From the IMG/VR virus record IMGVR_UViG_3300008259_000056: a stretch of DNA of 64,000 nt; one strand, written 5' to 3'. Shown piece after piece: positions 22,506 to 32,162 of the stretch; positions within the stretch are counted from its first letter, which is position 1, and every line of letters starts with the position of its first letter. This stretch comes from an uncultured virus (IMG/VR IMGVR_UViG_3300008259_000056). Lineage: Duplodnaviria; Heunggongvirae; Uroviricota; Caudoviricetes. The notes beneath the pieces were generated by a model, which was not told the origin of the DNA, made no database searches, and saw only the letters and a list, made by a program, of their open reading frames with translations. The translations under genes and the position numbers were made by a program.

Positions 22506-24593
22506 TTATGCGAGACACTTTTCACAGGATGCTGTAACGGATATAATCGGTGAACCTAAAATTATGTTAGGGTATGTAATTGAACAAAAACTAATTGAAC
22601 CTTCATCAAAAGTATATGGTGACGGTAATGATTCACCACAACATGGAGTATATTCAAATGTGATAGAATTGCCTTTTGTTGTATTAACAGTATAAGTATA
22701 ACACTCAGAAAAAGTTGTACAAACAGCACAACCACCTAAATTAGATAATCCTAAAGGACCAACATTTAAAATTATATTATTAACCCCGATTACTTGAGTT
22801 GTAATCCCAACATATGAAATACATTTAGTTAATCCGTCAACAGTTGAATAGAATACTTGATATTGTTCTAAAGTCCCTCCTGATGGGATAGTTACGTTAT
22901 TAGTGGTATAATACATTGTTCCATTGTAACAATCTTGAAATTGTTTACTCACAGGACAATTAATCATTTCATTAACCGTATTAAATGTTACATCACCAGA
23001 GTATTGACACGGCCTTTCAACAATACCCGAAGGTGTTGGTGTTATTGTAGGAGTCGGGCTTGGTGTTGGCGTAAACGATAAAATAGTTGCACCAACATTT
23101 ACACCTCCACAAACATTTGTTGGACTTGGTGTTGGGGTAGGTGTGGGTGTTGTTGTTTGAGTTGGGGTGGGGGTAGGGGTTGGCTCAAACTCGCAATTAA
23201 ATAACGATTCAAAATCAAAAGTATCACAAGGTGACGTTGTTGTAGTTGTGGTTGAACAAGTTCCTTCAGAAAAATATTCTGAAAGTAAATCAGGACAAAC
23301 ACTAACACAAGGTGATTTACCTGAAAGAAAGCAAGGACCGTCTAAAGACATCGCTAAACACCATTGAGTGTTACCTGTTGAATAATAAATAAATAAACCA
23401 TTAGATTCCCCAACCCAATAAGGTTTACCGTTATGTAAACCACTCTCAATGTAGTTATCATCATATGATATATTTTCCGTATTTGAAACACAATAACCTG
23501 ATGTGTTACATATATCACCACAACAATCACTTTCTTCAGAACAATTTTCTTCTTGTAAAACAAATTCACTTAAAACACTTTCACCTGAAACTATTATATC
23601 ATCTTGATAATAATAAAGTGTTGGTGACATTGGTGTTTCGCAGAATTCATATGAAACACAAGTTCCACTACATTCAGAATAAACATATCCTGAAGGACAA
23701 GTATAACCTGATGAATCGTAATTACCTAATGTGTCTTGAACTATAGTAAATTCTGTTTGGCCTGATGTTGTGAATATTATATAAGGTTCTAATGCCGCAT
23801 AAGTCGTTAAACCAGTTAATGTTGCTAAATCACCATCATAAATCTCACATCCAAAACCACCTTGACTACCAGCATTTAATCCGTAAACCTCCAAAGTATG
23901 GTCACCTGCACCAATCTCAACGGGGTATACGTTCCATCTTTTAAAGGATTGACCGTTACTCGTTGTGAAAGGATTAGGAGGTAAAGAAGTATCTACAATA
24001 AGATTACCATCTAAGACAAGTCTAAAATCATCATCAGCCCCAATTCCAACCCAGTATGTTTTTGTTTCAGTAATCCCTGATAAACAAGATGAAAATCCTA
24101 ACCATTTGTTGAATGGTGGTGCACTTCCACCTGTTGTTGGCCAAATGGCACATCTATTTAAAGGGCCTTCAGAAATAGTGTCACCAACATTTTCCCACGA
24201 ATCAACACCTGTAACTATAGTATATGTTGCACCTGAACCACATTGACAAAATCCTGGTTGGTAAAAATAACTACCAAATTGTGAATACACAAAAAATGAT
24301 GTGGCAACCGCCGATAATGGTGATACAGGAGGTGTTGCGGCTGTTGTAATTTCTCTGTAGCAAGATGTTTCGTCATAAACGACCCATCCGTCACCCGCAC
24401 AAATACTACAATCTGCGGAAGTTGTCATACAATAACAGTAATACCCTCTATCTGTAAATTCATTTACAACAGGGGTTGACTCACAATCTAAAAAACCATC
24501 AATAAAGACGGTATTATCGGTGTATAGGGTATTACCTGTTGATGAACTAATATCATTAGGGTCAATTCTGACTAATAAACAATTACAACTCAT
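22506..24593 (-). CDS. Cys-rich virion protein with PA14-like domain and Thr/Pro linkers
   Basis: GIGADDDFRLVLDGNLIVD...GDHTLEVYGLNAG resembles PA14; TTTTTT and PTPTP linkers. Confidence 0.6.
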   Translation of the reverse strand: MSCNCLLVRIDPNDISSSTGNTLYTDNTVFIDGFLDCESTPVVNEFTDRGYYCYCMTTSADCSICAGDGWVVYDETSCYREITTAATPPVSPLSAVATSFFVYSQFGSYFYQPGFCQCGSGATYTIVTGVDSWENVGDTISEGPLNRCAIWPTTGGSAPPFNKWLGFSSCLSGITETKTYWVGIGADDDFRLVLDGNLIVDTSLPPNPFTTSNGQSFKRWNVYPVEIGAGDHTLEVYGLNAGSQGGFGCEIYDGDLATLTGLTTYAALEPYIIFTTSGQTEFTIVQDTLGNYDSSGYTCPSGYVYSECSGTCVSYEFCETPMSPTLYYYQDDIIVSGESVLSEFVLQEENCSEESDCCGDICNTSGYCVSNTENISYDDNYIESGLHNGKPYWVGESNGLFIYYSTGNTQWCLAMSLDGPCFLSGKSPCVSVCPDLLSEYFSEGTCSTTTTTTSPCDTFDFESLFNCEFEPTPTPTPTQTTTPTPTPTPSPTNVCGGVNVGATILSFTPTPSPTPTITPTPSGIVERPCQYSGDVTFNTVNEMINCPVSKQFQDCYNGTMYYTTNNVTIPSGGTLEQYQVFYSTVDGLTKCISYVGITTQVIGVNNIILNVGPLGLSNLGGCAVCTTFSECYTYTVNTTKGNSITFEYTPCCGESLPSPYTFDEGSISFCSITYPNIILGSPIISVTASCEKCLA

Positions 24594-24808
24594 TATGGTA
24601 TTAAATTTTCTTCAACCGAGCAACCGTTATTATCCACAATTTTTAAATTATATGATGATTGACCATCCAATAATGTAGGTACGTTAAATACATAAGGAAC
24701 AGTTGAAATTGTACTTATATATATGCAAGTTGTGATTGGGTCATCACATATGTATATATCGTATGGTTGAACTCCCGAAATTGTGTTTATGGTTATTTGC
24801 GTCGGCAT
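24593..24808 (-). CDS. Small protein paralogous to N-terminal domain of the mucin-like protein
   Basis: ISG..PY.IY.CD....C.....KI..N.GC pattern shared with residues 1-75 of 17229-22454. Confidence 0.7.
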   Translation of the reverse strand: MPTQITINTISGVQPYDIYICDDPITTCIYISTISTVPYVFNVPTLLDGQSSYNLKIVDNNGCSVEENLIP

Positions 24809-24893
24809 TTATTTTGTTTTTAAAATAAATATAAAGGAGGTCAAAAACTTGTGAAGGTTGATTCATATATTATTTATTCTTATTTTAGGTGTA

Positions 24894-25793
24894 ATGTCAG
24901 ACGATAAAGAAATATTGGTTGAATTGCTCAAAGAAATTTTGGGTGATGAGAAACTTCACTACGAACATAGGGGTCAAATCTCATTTGATTGTCCTGTTTG
25001 TGATGAGGATAGACACAAGGGTAATCTTGAGGTTAATTATTTCTCACATGTTTATAAATGTTGGTCTTGCGGCGATAGCGAGGGGACTCACGGACCTTTG
25101 GGTAAGTTGTTTGATAAATATGGTAATCGTAAACAAAAAAAGGTTTATAAAATCCTCCAACCAGAGGAAAATAAACCCAAAGAAAAGAAAGTTAAAAAAT
25201 TAACATTACCACCAAATTTCACCCTCTTCAAGGATTCAAACCCAAGATACCCTATATATCAACAGGCATATAACTATCTTAAAAGTAGAGGTATTACTAA
25301 TGATATAATTGAAAAGTATGGGATTGGGTTTTGTGATAAGGGTAGTCATTCAGGTAGAATAGTTGTTCCGTCATATGATAAGAAAGGTGAATTGAACTAT
25401 TATATTGCGAGAAGTTGGGACCCCCACACCAAAGCTAAATACAAGAACCCAGAGGCTGAAAAAGATAAGATAATCTTTAACGAAAACCTAATTGATTGGA
25501 ACAAAGATATCTATTTGGTTGAAGGCGCGTTTGATTCGGTGTTCTTACCCAATAGTATTGCAATGCTTGGTAAACATATGTCGGATTTACTATTTGAAAC
25601 GATATATAATAAAGCCAAAGGTAACATCATAATATGTTTGGATAGTGACGCTTGGAGTGATGCCACCAAGTTATACCACAATTTAAATGGTGGTGATTTA
25701 TATGGTAGAGTTAAGATTATAAAATTAACGGGAGATTCGGATGTTGCCGATTTAAGAGGGGAAATAAATGAATATTATTATAATATGCGATGA
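24894..25793 (+). CDS. DNA primase (Zn finger + TOPRIM)
   Basis: CPVC...CWSC zinc finger; YLKSRGI; LVEGAFD; CLDSDA. Confidence 0.88.
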   Translation: MSDDKEILVELLKEILGDEKLHYEHRGQISFDCPVCDEDRHKGNLEVNYFSHVYKCWSCGDSEGTHGPLGKLFDKYGNRKQKKVYKILQPEENKPKEKKVKKLTLPPNFTLFKDSNPRYPIYQQAYNYLKSRGITNDIIEKYGIGFCDKGSHSGRIVVPSYDKKGELNYYIARSWDPHTKAKYKNPEAEKDKIIFNENLIDWNKDIYLVEGAFDSVFLPNSIAMLGKHMSDLLFETIYNKAKGNIIICLDSDAWSDATKLYHNLNGGDLYGRVKIIKLTGDSDVADLRGEINEYYYNMR

Positions 25794-26647
25794 ATTTATA
25801 CGAGATTAGAGATGAGATTAATGAAATAATCAAAAAGAAACAAGAAGAACTACAATTAACATTCGTTGAGGACACACACACTTATACGATGTTAGATAAG
25901 AAAGGTGAGTTAAGGTCTGATTGGCCATCTGTATCAAAAGTTATGAAACTTTTTTATACTGAGTTTGACTCTGATGGAATTGCTGATAAGAAAGCCGCTG
26001 GAGACCCTGTTGAGAAAGAGAGGTTATTGAAGGAATGGTCCCAAGCTGGTACATATTCCACAAATATGGGTTCCAGAGTCCACTATTTTTTGGAGAAGAA
26101 GTCAGTTGAGATGTTTGGTTTGGACAAAGAAGTGAGGGAACCAATATTTGAGGTTGATTTTACTCAGATATTAAAAGGGGATTCTATGATATCTGCGGGT
26201 AGTAGATATTTGGAATTGATGTTAGAAAGAGAAGGTGTTCTATTGGATACTGAAATTGTGTTAGGAAGTAATGAACTTGGATATGTTGGACAACCTGATA
26301 AGAAGTGGTTGTTCTTTAATAAAGACAAAACAGAGGTAGGTATTGTGGTAACAGATTGGAAGACAAATAAGAAGAAGAACTTTGAAGCGAATCACTTTAC
26401 CAAAAAGATGAAATACCCCTTCAATAACTTGGATGATACCGCACTTGGACACTACTTCACTCAATTACCATTTTATGGTAAATTACTTTTAGATATGTTG
26501 AAAGGTAGTAAATACGAGAACATTAAGATATATGGATGTATTGTTGTTCACTTAAGTGATGAGGGTGAATATGAGGAATATAGAGTCCCCAAACAAGTTT
26601 TAAACACAATACTTGATATGGATATGTCAAAGTATTTGACAAAATAA
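25790..26647 (+). CDS. PD-(D/E)xK exonuclease
   Basis: SVSKV, GSRVH, GQPD, DWKT, QLPFY motifs. Confidence 0.75.
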   Translation: MNLYEIRDEINEIIKKKQEELQLTFVEDTHTYTMLDKKGELRSDWPSVSKVMKLFYTEFDSDGIADKKAAGDPVEKERLLKEWSQAGTYSTNMGSRVHYFLEKKSVEMFGLDKEVREPIFEVDFTQILKGDSMISAGSRYLELMLEREGVLLDTEIVLGSNELGYVGQPDKKWLFFNKDKTEVGIVVTDWKTNKKKNFEANHFTKKMKYPFNNLDDTALGHYFTQLPFYGKLLLDMLKGSKYENIKIYGCIVVHLSDEGEYEEYRVPKQVLNTILDMDMSKYLTK

Positions 26648-26670
26648 AACAAATTTAATATTATTAGACT

Positions 26671-26760
26671 ATGGAATCTACAATTACAATTGCATGGTGG
26701 TATAACACATCGTGGGATAAAGAAGTTGGAAAAATAAACATCAAATATATAATAAAATGA
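26671..26760 (+). CDS. 29-aa small ORF (not in ORF track)
   Basis: MESTITIAWWYNTSWDKEVGKINIKYIIK; ATGA overlap with next gene; promoter-like sequence upstream. Confidence 0.45.
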   Translation: MESTITIAWWYNTSWDKEVGKINIKYIIK

Positions 26761-27005
26761 AACTTTACATGACCAAAACCTATGAGGTTTACGAATCTTA
26801 TGGACCAATTGAAATTAACTTAGAAGATTATCCTGAACTTGAAGGGAAAACTGAAGAAGAAATTGTTGAACATTTTAACGAAATTATGTACGAAGAAAAC
26901 ATTAAAGGGGGTTCTGAAAGTACATTATCGGACGAGTTTCAGTTTAATACTGAAATGATTAAACAAAAATACACAAATGAGGAAGAAGAAATAGTAAATT
27001 ACTAA
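26757..27005 (+). CDS. Acidic hypothetical protein
   Basis: 82 aa ORF in operon. Confidence 0.6.
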   Translation: MKLYMTKTYEVYESYGPIEINLEDYPELEGKTEEEIVEHFNEIMYEENIKGGSESTLSDEFQFNTEMIKQKYTNEEEEIVNY

Positions 27006-27007
27006 TT

Positions 27008-27223
27008 ATGGAAGATTTAATACAACCTAGAATTGACTTAAAGAAACAACCTACGGTAGTTTGTGAGGAATGTGGTAGTACCTATTTTAAAGAAGTGGTT
27101 TTAATTAAAAAAGTTGCGGCGTTATTAACTGGTAGTTCTGAAGACACTATAGTACCATTCCCAACATACAGATGTGATGATTGTGGTCATGTTAATGAAG
27201 AATTTAAATTATTTGATAATTAA
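27008..27223 (+). CDS. Zinc-ribbon protein
   Basis: CEECG ... CDDCGH. Confidence 0.7.
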   Translation: MEDLIQPRIDLKKQPTVVCEECGSTYFKEVVLIKKVAALLTGSSEDTIVPFPTYRCDDCGHVNEEFKLFDN

Positions 27224-27366
27224 TGGAAATTGGTAAAATGAAATATAGTGATGTCAAACCATATTTAGTTGTGATTGCACACACTTATGGTCTAAAATTA
27301 AATAGGGTTAAAGAATTTAAAATGGCTCGGTTGATATTAGCTAATTTATATAATATGGGGGTATGA
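27223..27366 (+). CDS. 47-aa basic hypothetical protein (not in ORF track)
   Basis: MEIGKMKYSDVKPYL...; TAATG and ATGA coupling on both sides. Confidence 0.6.
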   Translation: MEIGKMKYSDVKPYLVVIAHTYGLKLNRVKEFKMARLILANLYNMGV

Positions 27367-27593
27367 CACATAAGGAATTTTATATTTGGTTGGAAGGATA
27401 TCTATATGGGAAGTTGGAGAACAAACATATAGATATAGCGCCAATTATTGAGAAGATGAGTCAGGTTAAAGATGAGATTGACCTTGATACATTTAAACAT
27501 TTAGGTAGAAAAACCGCACCTATATTTGAACCTATCACTATTAAACCCGACGAATATGATGACTTGGGTAAACCACCAAAAATTGTAATGTAA
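27363..27593 (+). CDS. Hypothetical protein
   Basis: 76 aa coupled ORF. Confidence 0.6.
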   Translation: MTHKEFYIWLEGYLYGKLENKHIDIAPIIEKMSQVKDEIDLDTFKHLGRKTAPIFEPITIKPDEYDDLGKPPKIVM

Positions 27594-28372
27594 TGATACA
27601 GAAATTAGTACACTTTTCAGACTTACATATCCGACTTTTCAGGGACCACGATTTATATCGTGGGATATTGGTGGATATGTTTGAACAATTTAAGGAAATC
27701 AAACCTGATAGAATTGTTTTTACTGGTGATTTGGTTCATTCTAAAAATCAAATGACACCTGAACTTATTGAGTTTGTTGCTTGGACTTTAACTGAATGCT
27801 CAAAGATTGCAAAAACAATTCTTATTATTGGTAACCACGACTTTTTGGAAAACAACATGTCAAGATTGGACGCTCTAACACCTATTATTGATTCATTACA
27901 AGATGAGAACATTGTTTACTTAAAAAGTAGAGGTGTATATGAAGACCAAAATATTGATTGGTGTGTTTATTCTTTGATGGACCACAACATTCCACCCGAC
28001 ATTCAAAAGTCAGACCAAGTTAAGATTGGTTTGTTCCACGGACCAGTACAAGGATTAACGACCGATATTGGGTATAAATTTGACACAGGATTTGAAACTG
28101 ATAAGTTTGCAGGTTGTGATATTGTACTTTGTGGGGATATTCATAAAAGACAAGTATTCAACATACCAGGAGGTAAGAAAGCATACATGGTAGGGTCAAC
28201 CATTCAACAAAACTATGGTGAAACAATAAAGAACCATGGATATGGAATTTACGATGTTGAAAAGGATAAATATGAATTTGTTGATTTGGAAAATCCTAAA
28301 CCTTTCTTATCATTTAAGATAAAATCATTTGAGGATATCATTAATGGTGATGAGGTTTTAAGTAATGTATAA
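27593..28372 (+). CDS. sbcD: SbcD/Mre11-like metallophosphoesterase nuclease
   Basis: HFSDLH, FTGDLVH, IGNHD, LFHG, GDIH, VGS motifs; SbcC-like gene nearby. Confidence 0.85.
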   Translation: MIQKLVHFSDLHIRLFRDHDLYRGILVDMFEQFKEIKPDRIVFTGDLVHSKNQMTPELIEFVAWTLTECSKIAKTILIIGNHDFLENNMSRLDALTPIIDSLQDENIVYLKSRGVYEDQNIDWCVYSLMDHNIPPDIQKSDQVKIGLFHGPVQGLTTDIGYKFDTGFETDKFAGCDIVLCGDIHKRQVFNIPGGKKAYMVGSTIQQNYGETIKNHGYGIYDVEKDKYEFVDLENPKPFLSFKIKSFEDIINGDEVLSNV

Positions 28373-29054
28373 TGTTAATCCAAAATATAATTCAGACATA
28401 CTTGACTATTGTAAATTAAATAATATTGATGATGTTGAGTTATTCGTGTCCCAGTGTTTCAAACAAGGGTTTGACATAAAAAAGTATGGACTTTTGGGAA
28501 AAACACTTAATGAAGGTGAAAAAGACTTAATAAAAGAAGTTATTGTTGAAAAACTAGTGGAAGTCCCTGTTGATAGGATTGTTGAGGTACCTGTTGAAGT
28601 TATTGTTGAAAAAGAAAAGATTGTTGAGGTACCTGTTGAAGTTGTGATTGAGAAGGAAATTATTAAAGAAATACCCGTTGAAAAAGTTGTCACAAAAGTT
28701 GAGTATATTAGTGACAAAACAACTGAAGATGAACTTGGCGGAGTTATTGCCGAGTTAAAAAATGAAATGTCTAAAAAGGATGAAAAATTAGACGAACTTA
28801 GACGAAGTTTAGACATTGCTTTAGACAAACCACCTGTTGAAATTATCAAAGAGGTGGAAGTAATTAAGGAAGTTGAAAAACCAAATGATAAGGTTATTAT
28901 GCTTCAGGATACATTACAAAAGTTAAGAAGTGAAATGAAAGATAAGAACACCGAAATAGATGGTTTGAAGGGTCTTATTAAACAATTAGAATCAAGATTA
29001 AATCCGACAGGTGCGGTATATATGAAAGGTTCAAACATAAACGAAAATTTATAA
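28365..29054 (+). CDS. Protein with EKIVEVP/VPV repeats and coiled coil
   Basis: VEKLVEVPVDRIVEVPVEVIVEKEKIVEVPVEVVIEKE. Confidence 0.65.
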   Translation: MYNVNPKYNSDILDYCKLNNIDDVELFVSQCFKQGFDIKKYGLLGKTLNEGEKDLIKEVIVEKLVEVPVDRIVEVPVEVIVEKEKIVEVPVEVVIEKEIIKEIPVEKVVTKVEYISDKTTEDELGGVIAELKNEMSKKDEKLDELRRSLDIALDKPPVEIIKEVEVIKEVEKPNDKVIMLQDTLQKLRSEMKDKNTEIDGLKGLIKQLESRLNPTGAVYMKGSNINENL

Positions 29055-29058
29055 AGTT

Positions 29059-29466
29059 ATGGTACAATTATTAGCGTGGTTCATTTTAAGTTATGGTTTA
29101 ATGAACATTATGGTTTACGGCTCAATATTCCAAGGATTGAGGGATGGGTTAAGAAAATGGGGTGAGAATGAACTAACACCATTTAGTGAGTTAGGTACAT
29201 TTTTACATGGTATTATATCTTGTCCAATGTGTTTCTCAACATGGGGTGGATTCTTTTTGGGATTTTGTGTATATTCACCAGTAAGTTCTTTATTTGGTAT
29301 TGCTGATGAAATTTCTTGGTTTTTTGATGGTATACTTTCATCAGGAGCTGTATGGGCAATCAATGCAATTGTAGAATGGTTTGAGGAAAATAGAATGTCA
29401 AATCAAAAACAAGAGTTAACATATATTGTTAAAGATGAGAATGGTGAAGAAATTATTAATGGTTAA
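29059..29466 (+). CDS. Membrane protein with CxxC (DUF1360-like)
   Basis: Hydrophobic helices; ISCPMCFSTW. Confidence 0.55.
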   Translation: MVQLLAWFILSYGLMNIMVYGSIFQGLRDGLRKWGENELTPFSELGTFLHGIISCPMCFSTWGGFFLGFCVYSPVSSLFGIADEISWFFDGILSSGAVWAINAIVEWFEENRMSNQKQELTYIVKDENGEEIING

Positions 29467-29478
29467 TTTAAAATAAAA

Positions 29479-29736
29479 ATGGGAAAGAAAGCTAAAGAAC
29501 ACAGAAAAAAAGTTGTTAAAAGAAATCAACGAATTGCTATTGAAAAAAAACAATTTCAGAAAACTTATAACGAGTTAATGAAAATGAAGTTTGATGAGTT
29601 GGCGAAAAACTTTAATGAAATTGAAGGTGCGGAAGTTGTTGACATGATTGAGAATGGTGTTTCTGTTATGGAAAAATCTGAAGAAGTTGAAGATGCAACA
29701 ATCGTTGATGAAACATTACCAGACCAAGAAGGATAA
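29479..29736 (+). CDS. Hypothetical protein (basic N-term, acidic C-term)
   Basis: 85 aa ORF. Confidence 0.6.
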   Translation: MGKKAKEHRKKVVKRNQRIAIEKKQFQKTYNELMKMKFDELAKNFNEIEGAEVVDMIENGVSVMEKSEEVEDATIVDETLPDQEG

Positions 29737-29742
29737 TAAACT

Positions 29743-32115
29743 ATGGATTTATTTAATCCACCACCAAAATTTAATTATACAAAAATGACAGAAGAAGTAA
29801 CATTAACAACTTTAGATAACCCATATGTCCAAGTGGTATGGGAGGACTACGCTGAAAACTTTACACAAGAGAAGATTAAAAGTGTTAGACACTATTTCCA
29901 AAAGAAATATGAAACAACTAATGTTAATGTAATTACTAAAACCAAAGTTGATAAGGAAACAACCCATAATGTTGACATCTCATTCAATATCTTGGATAAA
30001 AATTATCAACAAGAATTAGCTAAACAATATCTAGAAAACAAGAATTTAGATGATTATTTAGATAAAGTTTTAGATATTGATTCCGCAGTTGACAACAAAA
30101 TGTCATTGAACGATGATGAGGCTCAACCATTTAAAAGATGGTTCATTAAGAATATTGAGTTTTCAAACTTCCTTTCTTATGGTGAGAATCAAAAGATTGA
30201 TTTTGATAAGTGTAGTGGGATATCGGTGGTGGAATCAAATCCACCTAACTTTGGAGGTAAGACGGTCCTTACCGTGGATTTATTATTATTCTTATTCTTT
30301 AACGAAACAACGAAGACAACTAAAGCAGAAGAAATCTTTAATAGATTTACAGATAAGAACAAGGTTGCGGTTAAAGGTGAGGTATTAATAGATGGTGAGG
30401 AATATATCATCCTAAGAAACATTGAGCGTAAAAAATCTAAGAGTGGTGATTGGAATGTTAAAACTGAGTTGGATTTCTACAAAAGATTATCTGATGGTAG
30501 CTTACAAAATTTCACTGGTGAACAGAGAAGGGAAACTGAAAAATTTATTAAGACATCTATTGGTACAAAAGAAGATTTCTTAATGACGATTCTTACCACC
30601 GCAACAAACTTGGAGGACCTGATTGACTCAAAACCAACGGCTAGAGGTCAGGTCCTATCAAGATTTATGGGTCTTGAGTTCTTAAAAAGAAAAGAAGAGA
30701 TTGGTAAAGAAATCTATGGAGAGTTCTCCAAGTCCATGATATCAAATGTCTATAGTAGTGAAAAACTTAAAAGTGATAATGAGGAAAAACAGAAATCAAT
30801 TGATGAGTTAAAAGTTGAGATTGAAACTGCTAATACAACATTGATTGATATCCAAAACAGGATTATCAAAGGACAAGAATATCGTGATGATTTATTGAAA
30901 CAAAAACATACTGATATTGATACTGAAATAAGTTCATTAATACCAACAACCGTAACAACTGAGATTGAGACACTTGAAAAGACAAAAGAGGGTATTATCA
31001 AACAAATTGAAGAACTTAATGTTGTTGAACCAAGTGAGTTTTATAAAGAGGACAAGCATGATGAGGTTAAGGAAGAATATGCTAAACTTAATAAAGAGTT
31101 AATTCAACTTGAAACCAAAATAGAAGAAGTTGAGAAGTTAAAAACTTCAGTTGAGGGTGGAATTAAATGCGAACATTGTGGTATTGAGTTAATGAATGCG
31201 GCAATTACCAATGCAAAAATTGCGGAACTTGACGGATTTATCGGGCAAAAAGATACTATTTGGACCACAATGCAGGTTTTATCAAGCATGGAACAAACTT
31301 TTGTAAGGTTAAAAAAAGAATTTGATGAGTATGAAAAGAACAAACTTATCAAAGAAAAATATGAACTTAATATTGAAAGTTGTGACCTAAAAATTAATAA
31401 CCTGAGAGATAAGATTAAAAAATATAACGAGATTCAGGATAAGATTAAGGATAACGAGAGAATTGATGGTTTATTGGTGAAATCAAGTTTGAGAATGGAT
31501 GAACTTAGTACATTAAAAAGTGCGACAGAAAAGACCATTTCAACAGGAAATTACAAAATAGAAACTCTAACTCAAGAGATTAATAATAACCTTGATAAGA
31601 TTAAAAAAATTGAAGAGGAGAGTGAAAAAGAAAAGGTATACAAAATATATTTAGAAATTTATGGTAAGAATGGTATAACCAAAATGATTATGAGAACCAT
31701 GATGCCATTGATTAATTCTGAATTACAAAGATTACTTGAGGATAGTTCTCACTTCAGATTGGAGATTAGAATTAACGATAAAAATGAAGTGGATTTTGTT
31801 ATGATTGATAACAATACTCAGGTTGAAAAGAATATGGTTTCAGGTTCTGGTTATGAACGAACTATTGCGTCATTATCATTAAGAGCTGTTTTAAGTAAGA
31901 TTTGTTCGTTACCAAAACCAAACATTATCGTCTTTGATGAGGTGTTTGGTAAAATATCAAATGAGAATATGGACATGGTTTCTGAGTTTTTTACAAAAAT
32001 TAAGGAATATTTTGAAAAAATATTTGTAATTACACACAATCCACTAGTAACAAATTGGGCTGACAATGTAATTAAAATTAGGAAGGAAGAAAATGTTAGT
32101 TTTGTGACCCAATAG
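29743..32115 (+). CDS. sbcC: SbcC/Rad50-like ATPase with N-terminal extension
   Basis: IEFSNFLSYG, NFGGKT Walker A, coiled coils, CEHC zinc hook, SGSGYE signature, IIVFDE Walker B, ITH. Confidence 0.88.
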   Translation: MDLFNPPPKFNYTKMTEEVTLTTLDNPYVQVVWEDYAENFTQEKIKSVRHYFQKKYETTNVNVITKTKVDKETTHNVDISFNILDKNYQQELAKQYLENKNLDDYLDKVLDIDSAVDNKMSLNDDEAQPFKRWFIKNIEFSNFLSYGENQKIDFDKCSGISVVESNPPNFGGKTVLTVDLLLFLFFNETTKTTKAEEIFNRFTDKNKVAVKGEVLIDGEEYIILRNIERKKSKSGDWNVKTELDFYKRLSDGSLQNFTGEQRRETEKFIKTSIGTKEDFLMTILTTATNLEDLIDSKPTARGQVLSRFMGLEFLKRKEEIGKEIYGEFSKSMISNVYSSEKLKSDNEEKQKSIDELKVEIETANTTLIDIQNRIIKGQEYRDDLLKQKHTDIDTEISSLIPTTVTTEIETLEKTKEGIIKQIEELNVVEPSEFYKEDKHDEVKEEYAKLNKELIQLETKIEEVEKLKTSVEGGIKCEHCGIELMNAAITNAKIAELDGFIGQKDTIWTTMQVLSSMEQTFVRLKKEFDEYEKNKLIKEKYELNIESCDLKINNLRDKIKKYNEIQDKIKDNERIDGLLVKSSLRMDELSTLKSATEKTISTGNYKIETLTQEINNNLDKIKKIEEESEKEKVYKIYLEIYGKNGITKMIMRTMMPLINSELQRLLEDSSHFRLEIRINDKNEVDFVMIDNNTQVEKNMVSGSGYERTIASLSLRAVLSKICSLPKPNIIVFDEVFGKISNENMDMVSEFFTKIKEYFEKIFVITHNPLVTNWADNVIKIRKEENVSFVTQ

Positions 32116-32147
32116 TTTGGGGGATTGGATAAAAGTTTATATATTTG
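32116..32147 (+). promoter_or_regulatory. Bacteroidota-type host promoter (-33 TTTG / -7 TAnnTTTG)
   Basis: TTTG 32116-32119, 20-nt spacer, TATATTTG 32140-32147. Confidence 0.7.
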
Positions 32148-32162
32148 TTAAAAATAAAGACT

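Noticed and set aside
25790..26647. Cas4-like nuclease implying CRISPR
   Set aside because: No Fe-S Cys cluster, no cas genes or array; coupled to primase
28406..28849. Ser/Thr-rich minus-strand ORF and similar short nested ORFs in the track
   Set aside because: Antisense or out-of-frame shadows of well-supported genes, with no independent signals
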